DNA of 64,000 nucleotides from Spirochaetia bacterium (GTDB lineage Bacteria > Spirochaetota > Spirochaetia > SZUA-6 > Bin103), in the NCBI GenBank assembly GCA_965203905.1, contig CBDBDQ010000005.1, positions 4,416,001 through 4,480,000 of the forward strand, given 5' to 3'. A program made the translations under genes and the position numbers. Of the stretch, positions 38,857 to 48,255 are shown piece by piece. The notes under the pieces are model-generated. The model was not told where the DNA came from. It saw only the letters and a program-made list of their open reading frames with translations, and did no database searches. The first letter of the stretch is position 1; each line of letters opens with the position of its first letter.

Positions 38857-41800
38857 TCAGCCGTGCTGCAGGATCTCTTCGATGGCCAGCAGGTTGTCGC
38901 CCAGCTCGGTGTTGGCCTGCTCCAGCTTGTCGCGGCTGGAGACGACGCACACGGCGCTGCGCGGGAAGCCCGCGGCGAGGGTCTGCTCCAGGGCCCGCTG
39001 CACCTCGGCGGCGGTGGTGGCCCTGAGCCGTTCGTGGCGCGCCTCGCGCATCTCGGGGGTGATGCCGGCCAGGTGGCGTTGCAGCGCGAGGCCGGTGGCG
39101 GGACGCGGCCGCAACGGGGTGAAGCCGCGCTTGGCCACGGCGATGATGGCGCGTCCGATGTCGGTCTCGCTCCAGCTCGCCTTGGCCACGAAGTCGCGGC
39201 TGCGGCCGAACACGTCCAGGGTGCGGGTGATGTGGGGGTCGCGGTAGGAACCCAGCCCCAGCGAGCCACCGAGCGCGTCGTAGCGGAACCAGGCGCCGTA
39301 GGCGTTGCCCTTGAAGCGGATCTCCGGAAGGATCCAGTCCAGGTTGACGATGTGCGCGCCCACTTCCAGCGCCACCGCCTCCGGCTGCGAGAAGTGCGGC
39401 GCGGGCATCACCTGGGCGCAGTAGGCCACGTGCATCTGGGCCGCGAGCCCTTCCCGCGGCGGGGTGGCGTAGGGCATAAAGCCGAGCTCGGCGTCGGTGA
39501 CCGGCTCGTCCCGCAGGCGACTGCCCCAGCTCGCCAGCGCCGCGTTGACGCAAGTGGCGCCGTGCTCGGTGCCGGTGTGGCTCACCGTCAGCCGTCCGCG
39601 CGCCAGCAGGAAGTCGCGGATCCGCTCGATGCGGTCCATCAGCGCCGTGTGCTCCGCGTCGAACGAGCCGGTCAGCCGCTCGCAGAGCGCCAACTGCGGG
39701 AGCCCGTTCGCGATCTCCGCCAGGTGTCCCTCCAGGTCGAGGCCGCGCCCGGCGTGCAGGCTCGCGGTACGGGCACCGTTGCGCACGAGTCCGGTGCGAT
39801 AGCGCATGCGGGATTGCACCAGCACTTCCTGCAGCCGCGCACGGTCGCGCGGGTCGACGGAGAACACCACGCTGTCGAGGATCGCCAGTGCCTCCTCGAT
39901 CTGGTCATCGAGCGCCTTCAGACTGAAGCGTACTCCGCGCAGGGTGCGGGCGGCCTCCACACTGTGAGCTCCCAGTGACAGCGAAGCGCCGATCCCGCCG
40001 GTGGCCGCCGCCTTGCGCCGCGCCACCTCCTCGTAGCCGGCGCCCTCGGTGCCGAGCTTGGCGGTGGCGTCCAGGTAGCGCGGCAGGTAGGGCCACAGTT
40101 CCGCGGGCAGGCCCGTGAGGTCGAAGTCCAGCACCAGGTAATTGACGCCATTGGAGAACACGTCGTTGCGCAGCAGCGTAATCCCCGCCACGTCGCTTAC
40201 CGTGGTGGCGACGTGCTGCAGCGCCGCCGGCAGATCGTCCACGCTGAGTTGCGGCAGGCTGGCGAGCTGCGCCGCGGTGTTGGGCGTGCTGTTGAGCTGC
40301 TCCAACTCCGCGGCGTCGGCCGCCGTCTGGGCAATCTGCGCCTCGGTCATGCCGCCCTCGATCTGCCGCACGCGCTCCGTCAGCCGTTGGTCGAGACGCG
40401 GCTGCATGGTGCGGTCGGGGCCCATCACCAGGTTCAGGCGATGCGGGTTTTCCACCAGCCGCTCGCGCAGCAGGCGGGCAAACAGGTCCGGCTCCGTTTC
40501 CCAACGCTCGCGGCAGGTGGCAAGATGGGTGCCGAGACGCAGGAAGCTCAGCGCATCCTCGCCGTAGATCCAGCTTCCCACGACCCGGAACAGGGTGTGC
40601 AACGGGAACATGGGTTGCACTTCGAGGTATTCGAAGGTGGCCTGGCGGAACGCGGTCTCCACCATCTCGGCGCTGATGCCGCCGTCGGCGATGTCCTGCA
40701 GCGTGGTGTCGACCAGCTCGCGGAAGCGGCCCGCCCGGTCGCCCTCGCTGCCGCGGATGCCGATCACGAAGGTGGCCTCGCGCCCCACCGAGGAACTTCC
40801 GGAGTAGGTGAGATCGGCCCCCAACTTCGACTGTACCACCGCCTTGCGCAGCGGTGCCGCCTCGTTGCCCGCAAGGATCAGCGACAGGATGCGCATCAGG
40901 ACGGCGTCGACCGGATCGAGCGCGTCGCCGGTCAGCCAGGCGTTCACCAGGAAGGTCCGCTCCGCGTCCGGCTCGCCGCTGCCGATGGGGTAGCTCTCGT
41001 GCAGCACGCGCGGCTCGCTCCAGCGGTGCTGGCGCGTAGGGGCGAAGCGGGTGCTGCCGGCCGCTTCCGGCCAGGTGACCGGGCGCCGGCTGAAGCCGCT
41101 CAGCCGCTCGCCCAGGAAACGGCAGTAGTCGGCGGTGGCGATATCGCCGTAGGCGAAGAAGTAGGCGTTGCTCGGGTGGTAGTAGGTGGCGTGGTAGCGG
41201 CGAAAGAACTCGTAGGTAAGGTCGGGGATCGCCTCCGGCGTGCCGCCGCTTTCGTGGGAGTAGATGGTGTCGGGCAGCAGGCTGTGGTTGAGCAGCCGTC
41301 CGAGACGCGCTTCCGGGTCGGAGAAGGCGCCCTTCATCTCGTTGTACACGATGCCGCTGATCGCGAGCCGGGTGGCGCCGTTGCTGCCGCCGTTCGCGCC
41401 CTGCGGCGGAGCAAGGTGATGGCCCTCGCGACGGAAGGTCTGCTCGGTCAGCAGCGGATGGAAGGTGGCGTCGAAATACACCTCGGCCAGGTTGAACAGG
41501 TCCTTGGGCACGTTGCTGGCCACCGGGTAGTAGGTGCTGTCCTCACCGGTCATGGCGTTGATGAAGGTCGCCATGCTCATCTTGATCATCTCGAAGAACG
41601 GCTCGCGGACCGGAAAGCGCCGCGAGCCGGCCAGCACGCAGTGCTCCAGTATGTGCGACACGCCGGTGTCGTCGGGCGGCGGGGTCGGAAAGCTCACCGA
41701 GAACAGGTTCTCCGGGTCGGCGGTGTGCAGGTGCAGCAGCCGCGCGCCGCTGGCCGGGTGCTGCAGCAGGTAGGCGACGGAGCGCACCTCCGGGACCGGC

Positions 41801-41871
41801 GTGGCGCTCTGCAGGCGAAACCCGTGCAGCTCGGTGCCGGGATCATGAGTGACGGATGGTGTCTGTGACAT
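38857..41871 (-). CDS. M16C metallopeptidase (presequence protease-like)
   Basis: HILEH zinc motif, FINAMT, GIVYNEMKG, IRFKGNAYG, SYRDP. Confidence 0.92.
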   Translation of the reverse strand: MSQTPSVTHDPGTELHGFRLQSATPVPEVRSVAYLLQHPASGARLLHLHTADPENLFSVSFPTPPPDDTGVSHILEHCVLAGSRRFPVREPFFEMIKMSMATFINAMTGEDSTYYPVASNVPKDLFNLAEVYFDATFHPLLTEQTFRREGHHLAPPQGANGGSNGATRLAISGIVYNEMKGAFSDPEARLGRLLNHSLLPDTIYSHESGGTPEAIPDLTYEFFRRYHATYYHPSNAYFFAYGDIATADYCRFLGERLSGFSRRPVTWPEAAGSTRFAPTRQHRWSEPRVLHESYPIGSGEPDAERTFLVNAWLTGDALDPVDAVLMRILSLILAGNEAAPLRKAVVQSKLGADLTYSGSSSVGREATFVIGIRGSEGDRAGRFRELVDTTLQDIADGGISAEMVETAFRQATFEYLEVQPMFPLHTLFRVVGSWIYGEDALSFLRLGTHLATCRERWETEPDLFARLLRERLVENPHRLNLVMGPDRTMQPRLDQRLTERVRQIEGGMTEAQIAQTAADAAELEQLNSTPNTAAQLASLPQLSVDDLPAALQHVATTVSDVAGITLLRNDVFSNGVNYLVLDFDLTGLPAELWPYLPRYLDATAKLGTEGAGYEEVARRKAAATGGIGASLSLGAHSVEAARTLRGVRFSLKALDDQIEEALAILDSVVFSVDPRDRARLQEVLVQSRMRYRTGLVRNGARTASLHAGRGLDLEGHLAEIANGLPQLALCERLTGSFDAEHTALMDRIERIRDFLLARGRLTVSHTGTEHGATCVNAALASWGSRLRDEPVTDAELGFMPYATPPREGLAAQMHVAYCAQVMPAPHFSQPEAVALEVGAHIVNLDWILPEIRFKGNAYGAWFRYDALGGSLGLGSYRDPHITRTLDVFGRSRDFVAKASWSETDIGRAIIAVAKRGFTPLRPRPATGLALQRHLAGITPEMREARHERLRATTAAEVQRALEQTLAAGFPRSAVCVVSSRDKLEQANTELGDNLLAIEEILQHG

Positions 41872-41997
41872 GAGGATACCGGCTACGGTATTGCCTTACC
41901 CGGCGTCTTGCAACAGGCCGGTCCAGGCGTGCCGGACTGGCGCGGCGGCGCGGGTGACCCTGTCGTCGGTACTCAAGCTGCGTTGTAAGTATTCGGT

Positions 41998-42894
41998 CTA
42001 CAGGTTGGGGGGCGGATCAAGAGGAGCGCACAGTCGACGGCGGAAGTCGCGCCTGAGCGGGTAGAGCCAGATGTCTTTGGTGGGCAGCGTGTGCATTCGA
42101 CGTACGTCGAGTTTGCCGCGTCCTTGGGTTTGTCCGACGTGGGTCCAGTTGGCGGCGCGGTAGCTGGTACCGGCGAAGCGGTCGGACTGCACGAAGGTCT
42201 CCAGCAGCAGCGGTCGGTACCCATAACGCGCCTGCCAGTCGGCGGGCAGCCGGCGGCTGATGCGCGCCAGCACGGTGGAAGCGAGATTGCACACCTGCAC
42301 CCAAGGCAGGATCAAGAAGCGGGCGTTGTTCACCACCAGGTGCAGCCGCGCTTCGCGCTGGGCAACGCTCCAGCCGATGAAGCGGTCGCGAGGAGCCGCC
42401 TTCCAGGCGCTGGCGCCAAAGCCGACCACCGCCAGCACCTGCCGCTGGCAGGTGACCAAGTAGCGCTGCTGCGCACCCGGTAGCGGCGTATAGCCAAGGT
42501 AGTGGTAGCGGTCCACGTACTCGCGCCATAGGAGCGCTTCGCGCTGATCGGCCAGCGGTCGTACCTGCAGCGCGGGCAGCTCATCGACGCGGGCGCTGAT
42601 CGGCAGCTCCGGTTCCGCCTGCGCGGTACGACGGCGGCGCAGCGTGCCGTTGTAGTGACGCCGCCGCGGCGCCGGCAGCCGGATGAGCCCGTCGCGGTGC
42701 ATGCGCAGCATCGCGACGCGACAGCTCATGTCCTTCAGTTGTCCGTTGGCACGCCGCCAGTGCAGCCGTTCGCACACCACCTTCGAGAGGGCGAACCGAT
42801 GGCGGGTAGGGTCCTCAGCGATGAGCGCGCGGATCAACTGCAGCTCCTGCTCGCTGAAGGGCCGGCCGCAGTAGCGCACCGCCTCAGGCGGCAC
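41998..42894 (-). CDS. DUF4338 / Druantia DruA-like protein
   Basis: RYCGRPF, YHYLG, RDRFIGW, VVNNARFLILPW, NLAS, LLETFV, GTSYRAANW, GQTQGRG; stop lies in the TIR. Confidence 0.85.
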   Translation of the reverse strand: MPPEAVRYCGRPFSEQELQLIRALIAEDPTRHRFALSKVVCERLHWRRANGQLKDMSCRVAMLRMHRDGLIRLPAPRRRHYNGTLRRRRTAQAEPELPISARVDELPALQVRPLADQREALLWREYVDRYHYLGYTPLPGAQQRYLVTCQRQVLAVVGFGASAWKAAPRDRFIGWSVAQREARLHLVVNNARFLILPWVQVCNLASTVLARISRRLPADWQARYGYRPLLLETFVQSDRFAGTSYRAANWTHVGQTQGRGKLDVRRMHTLPTKDIWLYPLRRDFRRRLCAPLDPPPNL

Positions 42895-44509
42895 GGTCGT
42901 CGACCAGCTTGGCGGGTGAGCCGCGGGGCAGCAAGCGCGCCTCGGGACGGTGCCAGGGCAGGAACCGCTCGTAGTCTTCAGGCACGCGAGCGCCGGCGAC
43001 CGCACAGGCGCTCAGGTACTCGGTCAGCCAAGTACGCGGGTTGATCTGCCATCGTTCGAGGGTGTGGAACAGGCTGAACAGCGCCGCGCTCAACTCACCG
43101 CTCCACTGCGCCCCCGAGCCGTAGTAGTTCTTGCGCCCCACCACCGGGCCGCGCAGCGCACGCTCGGCTTGATTATTGTCCAGCGGCAAGTCGGGATCCT
43201 CGACGAACCGCGTCAGCCCCTGCCAGTGGTTGCGCATGCTGCGCAGCACCTTCGCACACGCTGCCGCCAGCTTCGGCTGCTGCGCCAGTTCGCGCTCTCG
43301 TCGCTCTTCCATCGCCTGCACCACCGCCCGCAACGCCGCATCGGCCGCCGCGTACTGCGCGGGCTCACCACGCACCTCAAGACGCTCGTCGTTCAGGCGA
43401 TACAGCGTAGCGATGTCAGCCAGCCACTGCTCGGCCCACTCCTGCTGATCGTCCCGCTCATGGGCTACCGTGATGAAGTCGCGGCGCATGTGCACCCAGC
43501 AGAACGACAACTCCAGCTCGGTATCCTTGGCCAGCCGCTTGTACGAGGAGAAGCGGTCGACGCTCACCACGCCCCCCGTCACGGTCGCAAAATGCTGCTT
43601 CGGCACCCGCGCCGAACGGGTTGGATCGAGCGTGAATACCACCACCTCGGCACTCCAGAACAGCCACAGACACCAGCGCTGGCAGGTGTCCTCGCTGGCC
43701 GCCTCGAACACCTGCCAGCTGGTCTCGTCAGCATGCCAGTGCTCGCTCGTGCGGCTGCGTTCGATCAGCGCCTCGCGCAGTGGCGCGAACAACGGCGCCA
43801 GACGCCGCAGACCGTCGGTGACGGTGCCTTGGGCAAGATCCAGCCCATGCGTGCGTAGATCCGCGAGCAACCGATGCGTGGGCCGGTACAGCAGATACTT
43901 GTCGAGCAGCACCGTCACCCAGATCGAGATCCCCAGGATGCCGTTCGGGATCAGCCGTGGCGGCGCTGGCGCCGTGAGCACCGCCGCGGCCGCCGTGCAC
44001 TGGCAGCTGCGGCGGTAGCGCCGCCGCTTGATCACCCGCCGGTAGGCGCGCACCTCGACTTCCAACTGCTCGGAATCCTCGCTGCCGTGCGAATGATACT
44101 CAGCGCCGCAGGCCGCGCAGCGGCGCCGGTCCGGGGCAACGTCGTGTGCTTCAACCTGTACCGGCAGGTGTGCGTGCCGGCGCCGACCATGGCTTGGCGC
44201 CCCGGGTTGCTGACCGCGGCGCCGCGGTGGCGCGGCGGTTGCCTCAGGAGCGCCGCCACTCCTGGTTCGCTTCTCGCTGCCGCGGCGCCGTGCCCAGCGT
44301 TCCCGCAGGCGCTGGCGCAGTTCCTTGAGCTTGGCCCGTGCCGCTTGCAGTTTCTGTTTCAGCCGTTGCTCGCGCGCTACCGCCTTGCCGTGCATCCTGC
44401 GGTAATAGCGCGCCTGTCGTCGCAGCTCTACTACCTCGCACCGCAACTCGTCCATCTGGCTCTGGCACGCCGCCGTGCAGCCACTCGTTTTCCGCCAGAA
44501 CCCTCCCAC
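42884..44509 (-). CDS. tnpC: IS66-family DDE transposase
   Basis: Coiled coil, CAACG zinc finger, HADETSW, SVDRFSSY, CWVHMRRDF, DNNQAERALR. Confidence 0.92.
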   Translation of the reverse strand: MGGFWRKTSGCTAACQSQMDELRCEVVELRRQARYYRRMHGKAVAREQRLKQKLQAARAKLKELRQRLRERWARRRGSEKRTRSGGAPEATAAPPRRRGQQPGAPSHGRRRHAHLPVQVEAHDVAPDRRRCAACGAEYHSHGSEDSEQLEVEVRAYRRVIKRRRYRRSCQCTAAAAVLTAPAPPRLIPNGILGISIWVTVLLDKYLLYRPTHRLLADLRTHGLDLAQGTVTDGLRRLAPLFAPLREALIERSRTSEHWHADETSWQVFEAASEDTCQRWCLWLFWSAEVVVFTLDPTRSARVPKQHFATVTGGVVSVDRFSSYKRLAKDTELELSFCWVHMRRDFITVAHERDDQQEWAEQWLADIATLYRLNDERLEVRGEPAQYAAADAALRAVVQAMEERRERELAQQPKLAAACAKVLRSMRNHWQGLTRFVEDPDLPLDNNQAERALRGPVVGRKNYYGSGAQWSGELSAALFSLFHTLERWQINPRTWLTEYLSACAVAGARVPEDYERFLPWHRPEARLLPRGSPAKLVDDRAA

Positions 44510-44571
44510 ACCTCATTCGTAGCACACCGGTCCGGATGTGTCCAGCGGTCCCACACCGGTAGACCGAATGT

Positions 44572-45192
44572 TTACGCTGCGTTGATTGTATTTCCAAGCG
44601 TCCTGAAGAGTCGCGCGAACGCCGGACACCGCTGCCCAACTCTCTGTGGATCGACTCTCCGCAAGATCTCGCTGGCATGACGGATCTTGTGATACTCGCC
44701 TTTCTGCGTCCGATAAGTAGCATGTTCCAAGGCGCGGATGATGTCTTCTCTGGGGACGCTCTCGAGATTGGCCGTGTTGGGCAACGCATTGGCAAGGAAA
44801 CGCTGCCGGTAGAATGCGGCCAGGGCATCCGGATCCGCGACGATCCAGGTCTCCATGGCCTGGACCATGAGGTGGACCATGTCGTCGGTGGCGAACCTCA
44901 GGTCCCAGCAGTCGCGCGTTTGCAGGTGTACGCGTGGCGAGTTGCTGATCACCACCGTTTCCGCATCGACGAGTAGCACGACGATTCCCCCCATCTGGCC
45001 GTTGCTAACCGCAGTGCGAAATCTGTCGTACGTCTGCTGCCGGCCACCGCAAGGAACCAACCTCCGGTGCCATGATTTCGTTCTCGCCAGTTGCTTGATC
45101 GGGCCGAGAAGTGCATCCATACCCAGGCGCAAAGCTGATTTGGTGTTCTTGCCGTCACCTCCGCCTTCGAGATAGATGGTGACGCTGCTCAC
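44572..45192 (-). CDS. DUF4276-family protein (TOPRIM-like)
   Basis: IYLEGGG, LLVDAE, MVQAMETWIVAD, YHKIRH, RCPAF; GTGA overlap with ATPase. Confidence 0.78.
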   Translation of the reverse strand: MSSVTIYLEGGGDGKNTKSALRLGMDALLGPIKQLARTKSWHRRLVPCGGRQQTYDRFRTAVSNGQMGGIVVLLVDAETVVISNSPRVHLQTRDCWDLRFATDDMVHLMVQAMETWIVADPDALAAFYRQRFLANALPNTANLESVPREDIIRALEHATYRTQKGEYHKIRHASEILRRVDPQRVGQRCPAFARLFRTLGNTINAA

Positions 45193-46379
45193 GGATTGGC
45201 CCCGAGTTGGCCCATGCGCCACAGGTCGCCGAGGCGATAGTCGTCCAGCCACCCGCCGAGACTCTCGCGGTCGAGGCGGCGTAGTACGGTACCGTCGCCT
45301 GGGCGCTCACAGGTGATCACCGCTTCCGGCTGATTCGTCAGTTCCGAGACCAGCGCATCCGAGTGCGTGGTGACGATGAGCTGCATGCGCTCGGACGCCT
45401 CGACCAGAAGATCCGTGAGTAGCGCCACGGCATCGGGGTGCAGCCCGAGTTCCGGCTCCTCGATGCATACCAGCGGCGGAGGTGATGGCGACATCAGCGT
45501 AGCGAGAATGGCGATGAAACGAATCGTGCCATCCGACAGGCGCGTTGCCGGTATCGGTGCCCGGAATCCCGTTTCGTGCAGATAGAACTGAACGGTGCCT
45601 CCGGAGACGCGGGTCGACATCCGTTCGTAGCGGGGAAAGAACCGGGTTAACAGGTCGTCGAATCTGCGACCGTCCCGGTGCTCGATTTGATTCAGCACCA
45701 GCGCAAGATTGCGGGCATCGGGAAGCAGCCGGTCCTCGGGGAGATCGGCCGGCTGCGGCTGTCGCAATGTCGTGTAGCGGCCGAAGGTCCACTCACGGAA
45801 TGTCTGTATGGCGCCGAAGTGCTTGCCAACCCAGGTAAGTTCCGGATACAGGTCGGGGTCCTGGCGCTGCGCCAGGACCGACTCGTCCGGCACTAGTGTC
45901 TCCCGCTGAAGGTGACGGCGCACGGGACGTTCTTTCCCCGAGGGATCTCGTACATTTATTGCGGGAGCTCCACTCCGGAAGCGATAGTAGAAATAGACAT
46001 CGTACTCTCCCGGTTGAGCCTCGGTCTCCTCGATGGCTTCATCCAGCACTTCGACCCGTTGGCCAACGGTGGTGAACTCGAGACGGTATCTAATTTGCCG
46101 GTGGGTCGGGGTCCCGGCATGCAATACGACATCGATCGTGGCAGTTCGATGTTGCCGATCGCCGCCCTTCCAAAGCCACTCTTCGGCACCACCCCCATCA
46201 CGAATCGCGGCCGCGAAGCCCGTGGGCGTTGCGTGGAGCAGTTCCACCGCTTCGATCAGGTTGGACTTGCCTGACCCGTTGGGCCCGATCAGGACATTCA
46301 GAGGTTCAAGCTCGAACGCCTCGGACCCTGGAGGGAAAGACAAGAATGCGTCGAGCCGGAACTGCTTGATAGTCTTCAT
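45189..46379 (-). CDS. ABC-type AAA ATPase (AAA_21/AAA_15)
   Basis: GPNGSGKS, LSDGT, CIEEPELGLHP, TTHS. Confidence 0.88.
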   Translation of the reverse strand: MKTIKQFRLDAFLSFPPGSEAFELEPLNVLIGPNGSGKSNLIEAVELLHATPTGFAAAIRDGGGAEEWLWKGGDRQHRTATIDVVLHAGTPTHRQIRYRLEFTTVGQRVEVLDEAIEETEAQPGEYDVYFYYRFRSGAPAINVRDPSGKERPVRRHLQRETLVPDESVLAQRQDPDLYPELTWVGKHFGAIQTFREWTFGRYTTLRQPQPADLPEDRLLPDARNLALVLNQIEHRDGRRFDDLLTRFFPRYERMSTRVSGGTVQFYLHETGFRAPIPATRLSDGTIRFIAILATLMSPSPPPLVCIEEPELGLHPDAVALLTDLLVEASERMQLIVTTHSDALVSELTNQPEAVITCERPGDGTVLRRLDRESLGGWLDDYRLGDLWRMGQLGANP

Positions 46380-46397
46380 AGTGTGTCTAACCCGCTG

Positions 46398-47111
46398 TCA
46401 GCCGGTGCTGTCGATGGCCACGATGCAGGGGAGATGGCGCAGGGCACCGGCGGCATCGAGGCCGTAGCCGGCCACCCACACCTCGGGAATCTCGAATCCG
46501 ACCAGGTCGGGGGCCGCCTTGGCGCGCTGGGCCAGGGTGTGGGGCGGGGGAGCGCTGAGCTGCTTGTCGAGCAGCACGCATACCTGCACGCTGCGCACCC
46601 CCCAGCGCGCCATGCGGTCACGCAGGGCCGCCAGGGTGAAGCCGTGGTCCAGAATGTCGTCCACCAGCAGCATGGCCCGTCCCACCACGTCCGCCGGCTG
46701 CAGATCGATGTGCACCCGGCGTTGCGCGCCGTCGGCGCCCAGGGAGCCGCCGTAGGTGCTGGTCTTGGCGAACTCGTAGCGCACGTCGAGGGTGCTGACC
46801 GCGGCCAGGGCACGGCCCAGGTCGGCGGCAAACATGAAGGCGCCGGTGAGCACGGGGGTTATGACCAACTCACTGCCGCGCGGGTGGTGGGCGGCCAGCT
46901 CCAGCGCCAGCTCGGTGACCCGCCGCTGCAGCACCTGCTCGGGGATCAGCACCCGCGGCGGCCGCGCCTGCAGCGCCGGCGGCAGCTCGATGCCATGCTG
47001 GTCCGGGCTGCATGCCGCCGGATCGACTCCCTCGGCCGGGACCACCACGGGTACCGCGGCTCCGGGCACAGCCGCGCTGCCGGTGCCGGGAACCCCGCGT
47101 CCGGCGCTCAA
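46398..47111 (-). CDS. hpt: Hypoxanthine phosphoribosyltransferase
   Basis: VLTGAFMFAADL, LLVDDILDHGFTL, VLLDK, WVAGYGLD; start uncertain. Confidence 0.88.
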   Translation of the reverse strand: MSAGRGVPGTGSAAVPGAAVPVVVPAEGVDPAACSPDQHGIELPPALQARPPRVLIPEQVLQRRVTELALELAAHHPRGSELVITPVLTGAFMFAADLGRALAAVSTLDVRYEFAKTSTYGGSLGADGAQRRVHIDLQPADVVGRAMLLVDDILDHGFTLAALRDRMARWGVRSVQVCVLLDKQLSAPPPHTLAQRAKAAPDLVGFEIPEVWVAGYGLDAAGALRHLPCIVAIDSTG

Positions 47112-47112
47112 G

Positions 47113-48204
47113 TTATCCCTCCTGCCGCACGCGGGCGGCCACCTCGTCGCCGAAGGCCGCGGTCGACAGCGGTGAGGAGCCGTTCTTCGGCGCCAGGTCG
47201 GCGGTCATCCGGCCACCCTCCAGCGCACTCCACAGTGCGTTCCATACCGCCGCCGCCTCGTCCTGCAGATCAAAGCTCTTTTCCAGCATCAACGCGGCGC
47301 TGCCGATCAGCGAAAATGGATTCGCCACGCCGCGTCCCGCGATGTCCGGCGCGGAACCGTGCACGGCCTCGTAGTAGCTCTGCTCCGGTCCGACGCTGGC
47401 GCTGCACATCAGCCCGAGCGAACCCACGATACCGCCCGCCTGGTCGCTGAGGATGTCGCCCTGCATGTTCTCCAGCAGCATCACGCCGTTGAACTGCGCC
47501 GGATCGGCGGCCAGCTGAAAGGCGGCGTTGTCCACCAGGATGAACGAGTAATCGACATCGGAATGGCGCTCGGCCACCTGTTCCACGACCTCTTCCCACA
47601 GCCGCGAGGTGGCCAGGATGTTGGCCTTGTGCACCACCGTGAGATGACAGGAGCGGGTGCGGGCCTCGCGGAACGAGACCTCTGCGACCTGTTCGACCTG
47701 CTCCCGGGAGTAGCGGCAGTCGTCGCTTGCGTAGCGGCCTGCCGTGTGCTCGCGCTCCACCTTTTCGCCGAAGTAGATGCCGCCCACCAGTTCCCGGATC
47801 ATGAGGATGTCGACGCCGTCTCCGATCACTTCCGGACGCAACGGCGACAGCCCGGCGAGCCGGCCCGGCAGCACTACCGGCCGGTAGTTGGCGAAGGTGT
47901 TGTAGCGCTGCCGCAGTTCGAGGATGGCGAGCTCGGGACGCTGGTCCACCGGGATGGCGCGCATCTCTTCCAGCGCCACGCCGGCGGGCCCTTTCAGAAT
48001 CGCATCTGCGCTGTCGCAGACCGCCTTGGACTCCGCGGGGAAGGCGGCCCCGCAGGAAAAATAAGCCCCGGCACCGAACGGAGTGCTCCGATACGTGAAG
48101 CGATGACCGTAGCGCTCGGCCACGGCGTCCAGCACCTTCAACGTTTCGGCAACGATTTCGGGGCCGATGCCGTCGCCTTCGAGGACGGCGATTGAAGCGT
48201 TCAT
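47113..48204 (-). CDS. leuB: 3-isopropylmalate dehydrogenase
   Basis: GDGIGPEI, RELVGGIYFG, KANIL, NMQGDILSD, HGSAPDIAG. Confidence 0.9.
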   Translation of the reverse strand: MNASIAVLEGDGIGPEIVAETLKVLDAVAERYGHRFTYRSTPFGAGAYFSCGAAFPAESKAVCDSADAILKGPAGVALEEMRAIPVDQRPELAILELRQRYNTFANYRPVVLPGRLAGLSPLRPEVIGDGVDILMIRELVGGIYFGEKVEREHTAGRYASDDCRYSREQVEQVAEVSFREARTRSCHLTVVHKANILATSRLWEEVVEQVAERHSDVDYSFILVDNAAFQLAADPAQFNGVMLLENMQGDILSDQAGGIVGSLGLMCSASVGPEQSYYEAVHGSAPDIAGRGVANPFSLIGSAALMLEKSFDLQDEAAAVWNALWSALEGGRMTADLAPKNGSSPLSTAAFGDEVAARVRQEG

Positions 48205-48255
48205 GTGTCCCGAACCCTATCATCTACCGGCGGGCGTCGGGTACTGTCTCCGCCG

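Larger units (their letters stand above)
41985..44575 (-). mobile_element. Complete IS66-family element (2591 bp) carrying a DUF4338 gene
   Basis: Ends GTAAGTATTCGGTCTAC (41985-42001) and reverse complement GTAAACATTCGGTCTAC (44559-44575), 15/17 match; 8-bp TSD GCTGCGTT at 41977-41984 and 44576-44583. Confidence 0.93.

Noticed and set aside
41998-42894. Calling a Druantia system
   Set aside because: No DruE helicase or other dru genes; the gene lies inside IS ends
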